From: Basidiobolus meristosporus CBS 931.73
Lineage: Eukaryota; Fungi; Basidiobolomycota
Reading direction: 5' to 3'
Length of the DNA stretch: 64,000 nucleotides
Assembly (NCBI GenBank): GCA_002104905.1
Contig: MCFE01000244.1
Span: 1-64,000, forward strand
This document shows, one piece after another, positions 13,100 to 27,100 of the stretch. Both the position numbers and the translations under genes were made by a program. Every line of letters begins with the position of its first letter. The stretch's first letter is position 1. The notes under the pieces were generated by a model. The model was not told the origin of the DNA. It worked only from the letters and a program-made list of their open reading frames with translations, and searched no databases.

Positions 13100-13996
13100 G
13101 GCAAGGTGGTGAGAGAAACTGTTGCAATATTCACGGAAATTCCCTTTTGCAACGTGGACAATGAACCTAAAAACTCTTCATTCATTTATGCAAAGTTCAT
13201 GGGATTGAGCACAACATTATTGTATCATAATCACCATAGCAAAATGAAGTGCCAGAATGTGTAAGTAGATCAATGTTAGATATTAAAAGATTCATGATCC
13301 ATGATAAAAAGTTGCCTGCAATTTTTGGGCCAAATCAGTTGGCTACTGCAATGAGTGCTAGGCATAAAGACTGCACACTACCAAAGCAAACTTGCTACTC
13401 AAGCTGAGGGATGTGTTTTTGGATGAAACTTGAAATATTTACAAGAATTTTTATCAGTTTATGAAAAGAACTAGATCTCAAGTCCACTGATTTTCAAGAT
13501 TAAATCAGAGCAAGACAACCCAAGTTTTTGCAATCCATAGGACACTAGAACTGTAGTTCAGCATGAATCAGTGCCCAGAAGCCTCTCTAAAGTGCTCTTT
13601 CCAATATCTCAAAGCAGAAGATCCAACTGGATTAGAAATAGTCTAAGTTACTATCCCAATAAGGGTGCAAACTTAGCCTACACCTATTTCATCTATACTG
13701 ATGAGCTCAACAGTGGAAAAGAAGCCCTGGGTAGCCCCCATAAAATGTTTTGGAGACTTGTTATAACCCAGCAATGTTATCCCTGATGGGGGATTAAGCT
13801 TGGTTATTAGTCAAGCTACCAATCAATCAAACTTCAGTGGATGCTGTTAGGTCTTCACAATCAAGTTTAAGTCAGATGGCACAGTTGAAAGATACAAAGT
13901 AAGAATTATGGCTAAAAGAAGCTCTCAAACAAAGGAACTGGACTACATCAAGTCAATTGTGCTAGTAGTCAAGTTTGATTCCTGCAGACTAATACT
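13100..13996 (+). mobile_element. Third Ty1/copia remnant (integrase end to RT start), cut by a PHIS element end
   Basis: Degenerate FLGYCNES.AYRL and K.DGTVERYK.RI.AK..SQTKELDY....VVKFDS.RLIL copia RT N-terminal motifs; homologous to 960-1810. Confidence 0.8.
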
Positions 13997-14955
13997 AGAC
14001 TTGTTCCATTACGCTGTGCCAGGGTGCATGGCGCAATTGGCAGTCTCTAAGAATGATTGAGCGCAATATTATAGCTACCAGTAGGCCGGATTGCTCTTAG
14101 ATAATTTTGCACCATGTGGGACAATTGTGCACATTGTGGCACAATCTAACACTATGAGGTTGGCACAGATAATTGCGCCAAATTACAATGTTTGCATCAC
14201 ATGCGCTATTGGATACCGCTATTATGGTAGGTAAAATTTGGTGTTTGCATATGTTTCTTTAATGTAAATAGAAATAAATCACACTATAAACTACGCTGAT
14301 ACTTATCATTTTGGTCACCATCTCTGCAACTGAATGGTATCTCAGTAGTTAATTGGTCCAAAAGTATCCTGAAGCTGTCAGCCCCAAATTGGCTCTTTGA
14401 CCAGTACACAAGCTACCTGATTTGCCATTAAATATTATATTTTGCCCATTGATCAAGTCATTCCTGACCCTAGTGATTAGACAAGGTGAGATAGCTAGCA
14501 TGTGATCAATCAAATGGGTCCAAAACAGATCTAATGGCTGCACTGGTGTAACAGATGATGTATATATATGCAGGGTGTTTATTTATAAGGGTTCTGTCTC
14601 AAATGTGAGACAACTTTGATATTGCTTATATCAAAAATCTAGTGATCACTGACTTACAATGGCTCAGTTTGGATTGCAAAAAAAATGCATTTTTTAGGTC
14701 ATGACAAATAATAGCAATTCAATGCAATTGCATAATCTTCTCCTAGGTTTTCTTCTCACAGGTATTATTACTGAAGCATTTGATAGTGATTCACTTGGCA
14801 CATCTAAACTACTTTCTTGTTGATTATCTTCTTGGCTACCTGTATATTTGTAGTCAGTATTTTGCCTCCCAGTTGATGAGTGCAATGCTGCAGCTTGGCT
14901 GCACTTAATTGCTCCAAATGATGCTACTGAACTGGTCAGCAGTGCTATGCACTGT
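13997..14955. mobile_element. Older truncated copy of the PHIS (Pangu-type) element: left TIR plus 3' end of the accessory gene
   Basis: AGACTTGTTCCATT at 13997 preceded by ACT; co-linear with 35346-36300 with many substitutions; ORF 14694-14885 matches the accessory C-terminus (IIPVRRKPRRR). Confidence 0.88.
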
Positions 14956-14994
14956 GGTGGTGTATAAGTCTAAGGGAGCAATATATCCGGCATT

Positions 14995-17900
14995 TCAATA
15001 TTAGACCAGAACTTTTCTGCTAATATTTCTGTTGCCCTTGACAATTCTAATATTCTGCACTTGGTTATCACTTAAGTTCAGTTAGCTCATTCAAGAGCTT
15101 TACTAGACTTTTCTCTTGGACAAACATATTTTTTGTTGAATTCCATTACATTCAGCCGTGTTACTATATGTCCTCAGCAGCAAGCAATCCAAATCTTTCC
15201 ATGTTGGAAGAAGCCTGCAGAAGTCAGGAATAACTAACTGAACAGCTTGAGAACATCATGCATGAAAGAAACACTTTGATACTTGAGCACTCAAAGCTTG
15301 CCAAGGCAGGATCTGACAATCATTGTACAGATGAATTTCTTGAAGTCATTTCCAGTTACCAAAATGAAATTGGAATTATCAAAGAAGCCCTGGAGAATGT
15401 TGCCATTGTAAATGACAGCATTGAAAATCCACCAAGCCTTGCTCTGCAGCAGCCACCAAAAAGTCATGCCTTTGGATCCTCCAGATCTACATCTCCCTCT
15501 AGACCTACCTGGTGCTTGTCCCAAGATCCTTACCTTTTTATGACAAAGGAGCCAATGCCACAAAGAATCCTACTGAGTTTCTTTACAAGCTTAGTCATGT
15601 CTTAGCTACACACCAGCTAAACCCTGACACCAATTGGGCTAGACTTTTACCTCTCTGTCTCACCATGTAAGATGCTGACTGTGTTGAGGTGAACATTCCT
15701 TTGAATAGTACATGGAAAGTTGCACAGAACCTCTTTTGTGGCCATTTGAAGATCCCCTTATGAAAGCTTATCTAAACTGCAACTTATGGAAAACTCAAAA
15801 GCAAAAAGGTGAATCTGTGCAACACTTCTGTGATAGAATCCAGAGACAAATGAGTCTATCTGGAGTTAGTGATGACAATCCTTTGCTTACTTCTCATTTT
15901 CTTTCAAACTTTTCACATCAGCTACAGAGCAATATTGCTATTGTCAAAGCATGCAACCCTGCACATACCTATGACAAAATATCAGAGATATGTATACTTG
16001 CAATCACCATGACTGCAGCTGTTAGGTAGGTTTCAGGCAACTCCACTCGACATGCAGCAACAACCGGAAAAGAGAGCAGTCATATGACTAAGAAAAAGTC
16101 AACTACTAGCAAGCATTGTGAGGTTCATGGAAGATGCTATCATTCTACCAGTGAGTGCAAAGGCATTACCAAACAGTCAAACAAGTCCGGAAACACGTCA
16201 GAGAAGCAGCAGAGCACCAAAAGTGATAATCCATATGCTGATGGCAAATGCTCTGAATGTGGAAAGATGGGACATAGATCACCTACCTGTCCTGAGAAGA
16301 ACTCTACACCATTGGCAAAAATTACTCAGACTCAAGATGATCATTCAACCAATGATATGACAGAGTATGAGGAAGCATGTGAAGAACTTACAGTTCAAGA
16401 CTATCATAACCTCTTTGAAATTCTAGCTAAAATTGCAACTATTCAAGAAAACAAGCAACCAAGTGCACAGCTAAAAGCTATAGAGGTGCCACTCAATTGC
16501 AATGGTCAATCATACGTAGCAATACTGGATGCTGGATCATCCAGCTCTATTGTACAACCTAATGTGGTCAAAGAACTTAAATTGGCAATAGAAAAGTAAC
16601 CAGAAAAAATCATACTTGCAGCTAAGGACCTCTCGGCCCCAAGAATTGGTATCACCAACCCAATCAGCATACACTGTGGTTCAATTACTATAATCTATCA
16701 GATGGAAGTTATTGATATTCAGATGGACCTCAGGTGGTCATTGGTCTAGACACCTTCACCATCTGGAAGTAGAGGAGTCAACCCCAACTTTTCAAGCGTA
16801 TTCTCAATCAATCAAATTGGAAATTCAGCCAGCCATACAAAGAAACCAAGCCAATCCCAGGAATTGTTTCTGTGCCATTCCAGAATCCATTGTTACACTA
16901 GAAACCCCACCTGCTGAGTCAACATGGAGGAGGCAATACCAAATTCTGCATTCTTGACAGCACTTGGTTGATGAAATAGTCCAAAAGTGGGCTGACAATG
17001 GGACTATCACTCAAGCCCTTGTCAACACAACATTCAGCAGCCCTATGACACTTGCACCTAAGAAAGATGCTGATGGAAATCTAACTCTGAAGAGACCCTA
17101 TTTGGACCCTAGACCTCTGAACAAGCTTCTCCAAGCATTTGAGTCACTATGCCAGTTGCTCCCACAGGCACCCACCCTTTTCTACCCCGACTGTACTAAG
17201 ACCTTTGTTGTTGCTATGGATGCATCTAATGATGGGTTAGGGGCTGTCCTATAACAGGATGAAGACCAAAATCCACCTCACTGGATCTCTTTTCAAGCAA
17301 GATTGTTACAACCTGCTGATAGTAACAACTCTGCCACCAAGAAGGAGCTACTTGCCATAGTCTTTGCCTTGAAGAAGTTTCATCAGTACTTATGGGGCAA
17401 CTATTTTACTTTGTACACCAACCACCAAGCCCTTGACCATATCCACACTCAACAGACTCTGATTCCAATGTTTACCAACTGGCTTGATACTCTACCTGAT
17501 TATGAATATACAGTTATTCATTGCCCAGGAATCCTCAACATCCTGCCTGACCACCTTTCAAGACTTTTCCCAACTTCACCTTTGGAGGGACATGTGATTG
17601 CTGACATAATCAGTAAGCTCACTACAACTGCCAAAATAATTCCTCAACTGGACTTGGCAACCTGGAAAATCCCACATACCAATGAAAGGAAAACGCTAAT
17701 ACAGAGGAGTCATTTACTTGGACACTTTGGAGCTGACACACTTATGAAGTAGCTACACCCTGATGGATATCACTGGCCAAATATCAAAGCTGACTGACTA
17801 GAATTTGTCAAGTCTTGCAGAGAATGTCAACTCTACAATATCAGCAGTCATGGATTTCACCCCTGGAGTCCCATCCATGCAAGCCATTCTATGGATCATA

Positions 17901-18560
17901 TTGCAATTGATCTAGCTGGACCTTTCACCACTAGTGATGGTAATTACTACCTCATTGTAATTGTGGATGTCTGAGCACGTTTTGTCTTCCTCAAAGCTAC
18001 CCCAGACTAGTATGCTGCTACTATTGCACAAGCACTATTCAAGCTTTTCTGCCTTTTTGGATTCCCTAAGGTCATTCAATTGGATAATATAGCAGAATTT
18101 GTAAATCATGTGATCAAAGCCCTCTGCCAGAATAGGGCCATTGATCACTGTCTGATCACTCCATATCATCCAAAAGCTAATGGACTTGCTGAAAGACATG
18201 TTTGGATCTCAGTGAACATCATCAGGAAATCTATCAAAGGTCTCAAGAAGATTGGGACAAGTACATTCCCACTGTACAGTATGCTATCAACACCAAGATT
18301 GCTGCTTGACATGGATGAACTCCATTTTCTTTGATGTTTGGAAGAAGATACAACCACTTTGGGGACTACCAGAATACAGAGCTAGCAAGTTTGAATACAG
18401 ACAAGCTAAAGAACCGCCTTGAGAACCTTACAAACATTGTCTACCCTACTATCAGTGCCAGAAGTAAGGCACACAATCAGCTGTATTGCTCAGCCAGTAA
18501 GAATGTATATCCATGACTATGAAGAAGACCTGCAGGCCTACACATTTGGACACTGCAAAC
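14995..18560 (+). mobile_element. Ty3/gypsy family A: partial 5' LTR, gag with CCHC knuckle, protease, RT with core deleted, RNase H, integrase; decayed
   Basis: CSECGKMGHRSPTC; AILDAGSS; PKKDADGNL..RPYLDPRPLNKLL; VAMDASNDGLGAVL; HLLGHFG; DHIAIDLAGPF; YHPKANGLAERH; gypsy domain order. Confidence 0.92.
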
Positions 18561-18575
18561 TTGACCTGGTACCTG

Positions 18576-19000
18576 TGTTACAAGTCTTGGTATAAGTATT
18601 GCAGAGGAATAAGGAGTTTAGAAAGTATTGAATTCTCTAAATTTGAACTAATTTCTATTGAGGTTCCAGCAGTTCTTTATATACATTTTGCCTTATCAAT
18701 TGCTGACAAATTGTATTTCCTAATGTAGGTTGTGACTGATGACTCATTGATTGCATCATCATCACCCAATAAGATCCTACTCAATATATCTATTTCTTTC
18801 TGATCAGGATGTGCTGATTTATTTGCTGACTAATGCTACTGATTTGATAGATAACACTGATATATTGATTGGCTAAGATGTAACAAATTGAATTGACTAA
18901 AACCTAATCTAACTTTAACATTCAAGCAGTAGATCACAACACTTGGATAAACATGTATATTTAACAGTTATCCATCAATCAGTTGCAGAACCATTAATGC
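18576..19000. repeat. LTR-like repeat, family B (copy 2)
   Basis: Begins TGTTACAAGTC; homologous to 11646-12020; right boundary uncertain. Confidence 0.55.
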
Positions 19001-19009
19001 ACATCCCCT

Positions 19010-21010
19010 CCAGGAGTACCTAGACAAGTTTCTGGTAATCTCCCCAAAAGACGTATTAATATATTGCAGACAGAGGAGGACTACTTGGTGCACATTGAAA
19101 AGGACCTGAAGAAACTAAGAGAAAAAGAGCTATACAGCAAGCTAGCAAAGTGTGAGTGTGTCAAAGAACATATTGGGTATCTAGGACACATAGTAATTAT
19201 CACAGCAGTAACATTGGACCCCAACAAAGCTGAGTTATCAAGAATTCAAAGCAGCCCCATAGCACTTCAGAGATCAGAAACTGTTTTGAATGGTTTTCCA
19301 TTTCTGGAGATTTGTGACGTTCTTAGCAAGTATTGCAGCCACTGGGACTGAAATCCTCAAGTAAGATAGCACCTTAATGTGGGGTATTGCCTATGAGGCT
19401 GTATTTTAGATACTCAAGAATGAACTTGACAATATGCCAAGCCCAGGAATACCCTACCACAGCAAAAAGCTTGCTCTCTGCACAGACAATTCAGATTATG
19501 CAATTAGCAGAGTACTGAGCAAGGAATGTCAGGGAAAGGAATACCCAATGGCTTTTGAGTCCAAGAAACCAAATCAGTAGAACAAAACTATCTAGTGCAT
19601 GAGAAGGAGATGCACACCATTAATCACTTCCTAAAGGTATAGAGATGCTACATTGAAGTAGCCAGGTGCACTGTAACAACTGATTGTGCCTCACTCAAGT
19701 ACATGGTTGCTCAGAAGGTAGTCTCCAGAAAAATGACAAGATGGAGTGAATACATTCAGCAATGCAACCTGGAGATTGTCTATAGCCCAGCAAAAAATTG
19801 TCACGGTTGTTGATGCCTTATCAAGGCCAGAACAAGTTGAATAACTCAACCTAGTGCATGGTTTAAATTGGCTCAACCTATCATTGGAGTACTTGGAGGA
19901 CCAAGCTATTCCCAATGTGGTGGGTGAGGACATCAAGAATATCAGCTGGGATGAAGCTAGCAAGCTTATAGTACAGAATGATGCACTCTAACAAAACACA
20001 TGTCAGAGCATGGTGGCCCAAATTAAAACAAGTTATTGCACAGGTAGTGAGAACATGCCCAAACTATCAAATCAACCAAGGTCAACCACAGGGTATTGCT
20101 GATCTCTTTCCCTTGCAGCCTGTGACACCTTCTGAGAGATAGAGAACTGACTTAATTGGAGCACTGCCCACTGCTAGAAAATGCAATTGGTGGACTTTAG
20201 TAGCAATTGACCATGTCACCTAATGGCCAGTGGCTAGAGATATACAGGATGCCAGTGAACAAGAAGTTGCAAGCTTCATTTAACAGGAGATCCTGATGAA
20301 GTTTGTGTGCCCTGTGGAAATCTTATCTGACAGAGGAGTAAACTCCATGGCAAAAGCATTGAAAGCTTACCAGAAATGTAGCAGATCAACATCTGATAAC
20401 TTTGTTAAATAACCCTAGAACTAATGGAGTCACAGAGTGGCTCAAAGCATTATTTGGAAAAATGCTAACACATTATACTAATAGAGCTGTATGTAGAAGG
20501 TATGAGTATATAGACCAAAAACTGTTTGCCTGCTGAGTCAGGGTGCTCAACACTACCCAGCATTTGCCATTTTACTTAGTGTATGGATGTGAACCAAGGA
20601 TTCCAAGAGATCTCACACAGCCTAAGCTCACTGACAACTTAGAGAATGTACGCAGTCAGCCTGGTAGACACCAACAATTGGAACAAAAGTGTCAGGAGGC
20701 ATAGGTCAGAGTTTCTAAAAGTGCAGAAAAGTGAAGCAGAGACTTGATAGGACTATATCATCAGAGGCTTTGACAATTGTAAACTGTGTATTGCTACAAA
20801 ACAACACCAGGAAAAAGTTTTAGCAACAATGGATAGGACCATTCAAGATCATCAGAGAAATACCATTTGCAATGTACCAACAAGCAGGCAAACAAGGATA
20901 TATCTGAGAATATCTAGTTCATAGTTATAGACTCATGCTTCCAAGACTTACTGACAATGCTGAAGCATCAAGATACTGACACCACATGGACCACAATGCT
21001 TAGGCAAATG
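19010..21010 (+). mobile_element. Ty3/gypsy family B remnant (RT 3' part, RNase H, integrase), decayed
   Basis: Homologous to 8780-9900 (ccaggagtacctagac...); degenerate integrase motifs EILSDRG and P.TNGVTE.L near 20320-20440. Confidence 0.8.
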
Positions 21011-21029
21011 AGAGTGCAACAAATATAAT

Positions 21030-24000
21030 TACTTTGGTTGTGGAAATGCAAGTGACTGTTATAACAATACCACCACCAGTATTACTAAGCATGTTGTTAG
21101 CTGGTACCAAAGCATATATAAGGCAATTAGGTACATTGGCTGACAGGATGGATGCAGTTACCCTGAGAAATCAGGACATAGTCCAGAGACAGGAGAAGCT
21201 GATAGCTCATGTTGTTTAATAAATATCTCAGGTAGAGAATGCAGTGTTTTTGTTGCAATAAGAGAACTCTAAGTGCCTAGTGCTACAGCTAAGAATTGTG
21301 CCAATTTTCAATGCTGCAGCCAAGAATGGATCCATTTTTCATGTTACAACCAAGAATTGAGTCATTTTCAATGAAACAGCAGAGGAGCACTGTAGTGTCT
21401 TTGAAGCACCACAGCAGTACCCAAGGATAATCCCACAGAAAAGCCCATCACTGCATGATATGTAGTGGCTGTGCTGCTTAAACCAAAGCATAAAAGTCAA
21501 AAGCCATTGAAGATCCGTGAAGCTATTGAGTATAAGGATGAAGAGAGATCTAACATACAAGAGGCTAAACAAAGTCTAGAATGACATCACCATAAGACCA
21601 GTGTACCAAAAGACCATCAGGAACTCAAAGCCTAGCAGAATGAGCCTGATCAGTTTCATGTGCATGATCTTGGATCTCAATGTGCAACTGGATTATGGGT
21701 CAACATTGGTATGCTACAAAAGTATCTGACAAATAGCACAGACTATCAAAGGCAGAAGAGATGGATACCATGGCTAAAAACCAGCAATTTTCTCAACAGC
21801 TGGTAAAAGCAAGGCTGAAAGCCCTAGAAGGCATCTAATAAATATCAGGTGTCTGAAAGACTGCCAATAAGGGACAAGCAGGAGAACACAGATGCACTAG
21901 TACAACATTCATGAAGGAAAAATGTAGCTCCATGCCTGGAGCACTTAGTCATAGTAGCCGTGAAGGACCAGCAGTGATAAATACCAGCAGCTTCCTTAGG
22001 AGCGCACCACAACTATGGTTGACAGCTCAAAATAAGCAGCATAGAATTGTCAGCTTGCCAGAAAATTGCTGGTAAGGAACAAGTAGTCAAAACAGATGTG
22101 CTGATGCAGCATTTATGAAGCTGAAGATGTACTTCAATACAAGAAGCACTCAGACAAAGTAGCCATCAAAGATCTGGTAGTTATAAAGGAAATGGTAGGG
22201 GGGAAAGTCCACCCTAGCCAGAGATAGAGAAGGGTACAAAAAAAGCTGCAGTTTTTGTCAATTAATGCCTGAAGCCAAGAACAGGCTGAACACCAGCTAG
22301 CCAAGAAGAATTACCAACAAGTCAAAAGTTGTTTTGTCAAGAGTTGACAGTATTGCCATTTGAGCAACACTTAGGCAGAGCAGATGTGCTTACAGAGAAA
22401 GGTACTTTTTCTACCACTGCCTCTATGTCCTCCATTGCAGAGTGAGTGGAGATCCTACTGACTGACAAAGGAACAATGTCAAGTAGTTCAAAGACAATTG
22501 CAATGCCTTTAGTGGAGTTTTGGCACATTAGCAGTCACAGTAAAAGGTTGCAACACTTTATCAAAAGCAATGCTTTAGAGAACACACTTGAATCTTGCAA
22601 CAATTTACTGAAAAGACTGGCAGACATGTTTCTAGACCTGGCTATGTATATCAAAGACCAGGATGTAAGGGAGCCAGTTGATGAACAGTGGCATGAAGGC
22701 ATGGGGTTTCTGCCAAGGTCATGGAACAAGGTATTTTGGCAGAAATATTAACCAAATGGTAGAACTTAATAGAGTTACTTGTTGAGTGTGAGGTTGGATC
22801 TATTGTTTCTGTTGGACATAGTAGCTTGTATTGGGCAGTACAGTTAGCAATTGAGTCACAATTGAAGATTGAAAGGAATTAAACCAACATGTATATATGC
22901 AAAGTTTAAGGAATGTGTAAGTCAGGAAGTAAGGAGCATGAAAAGGAGCCAGTAGCCAACTAATGTTTATAAATGTAGGAGCCAACTGAGTGTCCAGGAT
23001 CAGAAGGTGAGAGAGTCAGCAGAGAACTAATCAAAACCACTTAAGTATTGTTGTACTGATCAATTGCGACCAAATTTTTTGTGAAATCTAGGGGCAATTG
23101 CTACTGAATGGGCATTGTACAGTGTTCTGATGCCATCATTACCTCTAAGTCATGGGATTCCCACTTGGTGTTGGACTTTGACAATCTCATCACAATTATG
23201 TTTCATAGCAACTGAGATGCTGAGTGGCCCCAATGCGTGGGTGATAACTCAATTAATGCAATGTTGTGTTGGACAAAACATGCCACTAAAATCTATTATG
23301 ATCACTTTACCAATATATGGAGGGTGTCTCCTGGTTACAAGCCAATTTGAACCCCATCTTATATGGTATTCACTCAAATAAGAGCCAGAGCACACCAATA
23401 AAGGGAACTACAATCCAGCAGAAAGATGAATTTTATTGGGTAGATGCAAAAAAGTCCTTTGTGTGAGTCAATGAGGTATTCAGAGCAAGAGTGGTGGTCA
23501 GCAGGCATATGCTTGCAAGATGTATATATTAGCAGAAATACATTGTAAATGGCAGCGTTGAAAGCATAACACTATAAAGCTGTAAAGCTGAGGTGACAGA
23601 AGTGTGTCAATTTCATTTGGGGTGCATGTATATTTAGATTTATTTGAGCCATATGTGCAATACCCACAGCAGTAGTGGGTAAGCAACAATATTGGGGTGT
23701 TTCCACAATATAATATATATATGGCACAAGGGGAGTTAGCAAAGGAAACACCACCTGGGAAATTGGTACTGTAGCATTGTACAGCGTTAGCTGTAGGCTG
23801 CTATATTCATAATGCTAATAGTGGTCTGCAAAGGGGCAATCTGTATATTGCCATGTTTTTTTGCCATATAGGCTAATTGAACCTATTGGCTAGCTAGATC
23901 TGCTCAAACAAATGTAAGACTGCCTACAATGGATAGAATACCTTGAAGCTGTTGTCAAAAGGCCACACACATACCATCAAGCTAGTTCCTTTTTTGTCAG

Positions 24001-24130
24001 TAAAATCAGCAAAATGCTGTTCTAGTCCTGCTATAAGATTGTGTGGAGGGTCAATAATTCCAAGCTGCTAGCATTATGATGGCTTCATGTGGGATCCTGA
24101 TTGCTAACCTGGAATGGATCTGCCCATTAT
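21030..24130 (+). mobile_element. TRC-type accessory-gene copy with end-A subterminal region (~21030-23210), followed by a transposase 3' fragment (~23230-24130)
   Basis: Homologous to 45800-47870 and 10800-11590 respectively; boundaries approximate. Confidence 0.7.
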
Positions 24131-24139
24131 CATAGTGAA

Positions 24140-27100
24140 TTACTCTGCTCTGACACATCTTTTATGGCCTGCTTGTCCCTTGCTGGCACTTTCATGGCAA
24201 CCTGACGTTTCTTTTCAGCTTGTTTTGAGCTCAGCCATAGTTGTGACAGGCTCCTGAGAAAGTTGCAGGTTCTTATAACTGCCAGGTCCTTCACTGCTAC
24301 TTTGACTGAGTGCTTCTTGAGTGGTACTAAGCTTTTCCCTTAATAAATGTTGTGCTGGTGCATCCATGTCTGCCTGCTTGTCCCTTATAGGCACTCTTTC
24401 AGCTACCTGACATCTCTTTGATGCTTGCTTAGAGCTTTTGGTCCTGCTTGCAATGGGCTCTTGAGAAAGCTGCTGATTTCTGGCCATGGCACCCTTGTTC
24501 TTCTGCCATTGATAGTTTATGCTATTCTTAAGATACTTTTTTACAGACCAATGCTGGCCCAAAATCTGTTTGTCAGTTTGAATCCAGGATAATTCTCATG
24601 CAACAAGTCAAGCACATTCTGCTTGGCATTGAGCTCCTGATGGTCCCATGGTATGCTAGCCTTAAGATGAAGGTGTGGTAGACTGCTAACAACCTCTTGA
24701 ATACTTGCCCACTCTTCATTGTTGCACTCAACAGCTTTACAAATCTTCAATGTCTTTTGATTTTACACCTTGGTGTAAACACCACATTGTCTCCCTCCCA
24801 TGCTGTGATAGCTTTTCCTCAGGGCTTTATTTCTGAGAGCATCTGGAATATTAGCCCACTATTCATTGTTGCACTCAATGGCTTCATGAATCTTAAGTGT
24901 CTTTTGATTTTACACCTTGGTGTAAACACCGCATTGTCTCCCTCCCATGCTGTGATAGCTTTTTCTCAGGGCTTTATTTTAGGGCACTGTTATTGTGCTT
25001 CAAGAACTATACAGTGTTCCTCTGCTGTTACATTGGGAGATAGCTCAATTCTTGGCTGTGAGATTGAGCTACTTGAGCTCCTTCTTTGCAGCAAAGTAAC
25101 TGCTTTCTCTACCTGGGGTATTGATTGTTCTACATGTATTATCCGCTCATTCTACTTCTGGACTATTTCCTGATTTCTCTAGGCCATTGCATCTATCCTA
25201 TCAGCCACTGCACCTAATTGCCATATTAATGCCTTGGTATGAGCTGACAACTTACTAGTTGATATGGGTAATGGTTATGTTATGATTCCCACTTGCTGGT
25301 CTTCAACTGAGGGTACTGTGCTTGCTACATTCTCATCTGTGTGAGAATAACAATCAGCTTGTGGCTCCACAGAGGTTCTCAATTGCGTACTTGACTGAGA
25401 GTCTAAGGAGTCCACATTATCCCCTTCAGTGGGCATGCTGTCAACATGGCTTTTTTGGATGGAGCTTTACTAATTGCACTAAATGTCAAAGCAAGCTGTT
25501 GTCCAACTGTTCCCTACTGCCATCACCAGTGGGGTTTGGTTGGGAACCAGAAAATGTTGCTTTATTTTCTGGCAGCATATATATGGAAATGAATAAAACC
25601 AAAGGAGAAATAGTGTTACTTACACATGTGTATGTGGTGCCAAAACTTTACTTATAATGCTTATTATGATAGGTCATCATTAAATATTACATTCTTGTTG
25701 GTGCTATGCTTCAGATACATGACTGCCTTCTAAATATGGCACACAGAATGATAGCTCTTACAAAGAAGGCTAACTGATGAGTTGTAACAACAGCACTATA
25801 CATGAGCCCAATCAAGTCCCATTATGCAATGTGACAACACCAGCTGAAACAAATGCCAAGGATACTATATAGAGCCAAGTGAGCTCAGTAATCAATCTAC
25901 TGGTGAATGATGTAATGCTGTGGCTAGAGAAATGGCGTGTTTCCACTAATAGCAGTAATGGGGGCTTTGAGGATTTATTACTACTTCTTGCAAAATTCAT
26001 TCCAAGATGCAACTTACCATCTACATTTTACGTGTGGACAGCTGTCATGCAGCTTGCAACATATGATACAGAGACTGTCCTGATTTTAGTGTGTGTAAAC
26101 ACTTGCATGGCATTTACATCCAAAAATGCTACCATTGTAACATGTCCAAATTGTCAGGAATCCTCCATCATTGAGGGAAAACATAGTTCACACTTTGGAT
26201 ATATTCAGGTAAAACCCCATCTAAAGAAGCTCATACAGTCCAACAAGTATTGAATAGCTATAAAGTACCACACTTAGTATCAGTCAAGCACAAACATATC
26301 AGATATAATTCATGGTAAAAATTACAAACCGCTATGAAGCTAGGTCTACTTTAAAGTATATATGACCATGCTTTTGCCTTAGCACCTGATGGATTCTCAT
26401 TAAACAAGTACTCTACCAGCAAATCCTGCTGGCCACTGATTCTCATCAATCTGAATTTGCTGCCTATTTTATGCTATCTGAGCAAAAATCTGATGGTAGT
26501 TTCACTGGTATCCAAGCCTAAATTTCCATCCACCCTGGATAGCTACCTGTATCCATTGCTAGATGATTATTGTAGGCTTTCCAGCAGAAAACAGTGAATG
26601 GCAATCATGGAAAAGTGCATACTAGTATTGGCATTGGGGAGACCTCAGCCATTAGCAAGATAGCTGGCTTTTCTGTGCACAATGGATGGTGCTATGCATT
26701 AACATTCAAAACTAGCCTATTTTACTCTGTTAGAAAATTTAGTAACCTAACTCATTTTCCTAACCCAACCATGACTAATCCCAGTTATAGCTTGTATTAT
26801 TACTTCTCAGAATCTATTTTTAGCTGTCACACCTGATCATTTTTCATGTGGTCATTACATCCTCAACTGATCTGCTAAGCTTCTCAAAGTGATTACTCAA
26901 CTGAGATCTATCCAACCGCTTAGCAGTTGCCAAGACATCAGCCAATCAATGATGCAATTTCTCACTTATCCTATGCAGCTATGAACACCCCAGCTGATTT
27001 CAATTAGTCCAGTCTTTTGGCACTTACTACTTTAACTTGGTCAGAAACATATAAATAGAGATTACTGAACCTTTAGGTTTGTTTTGTGTCTCAACAAAAC

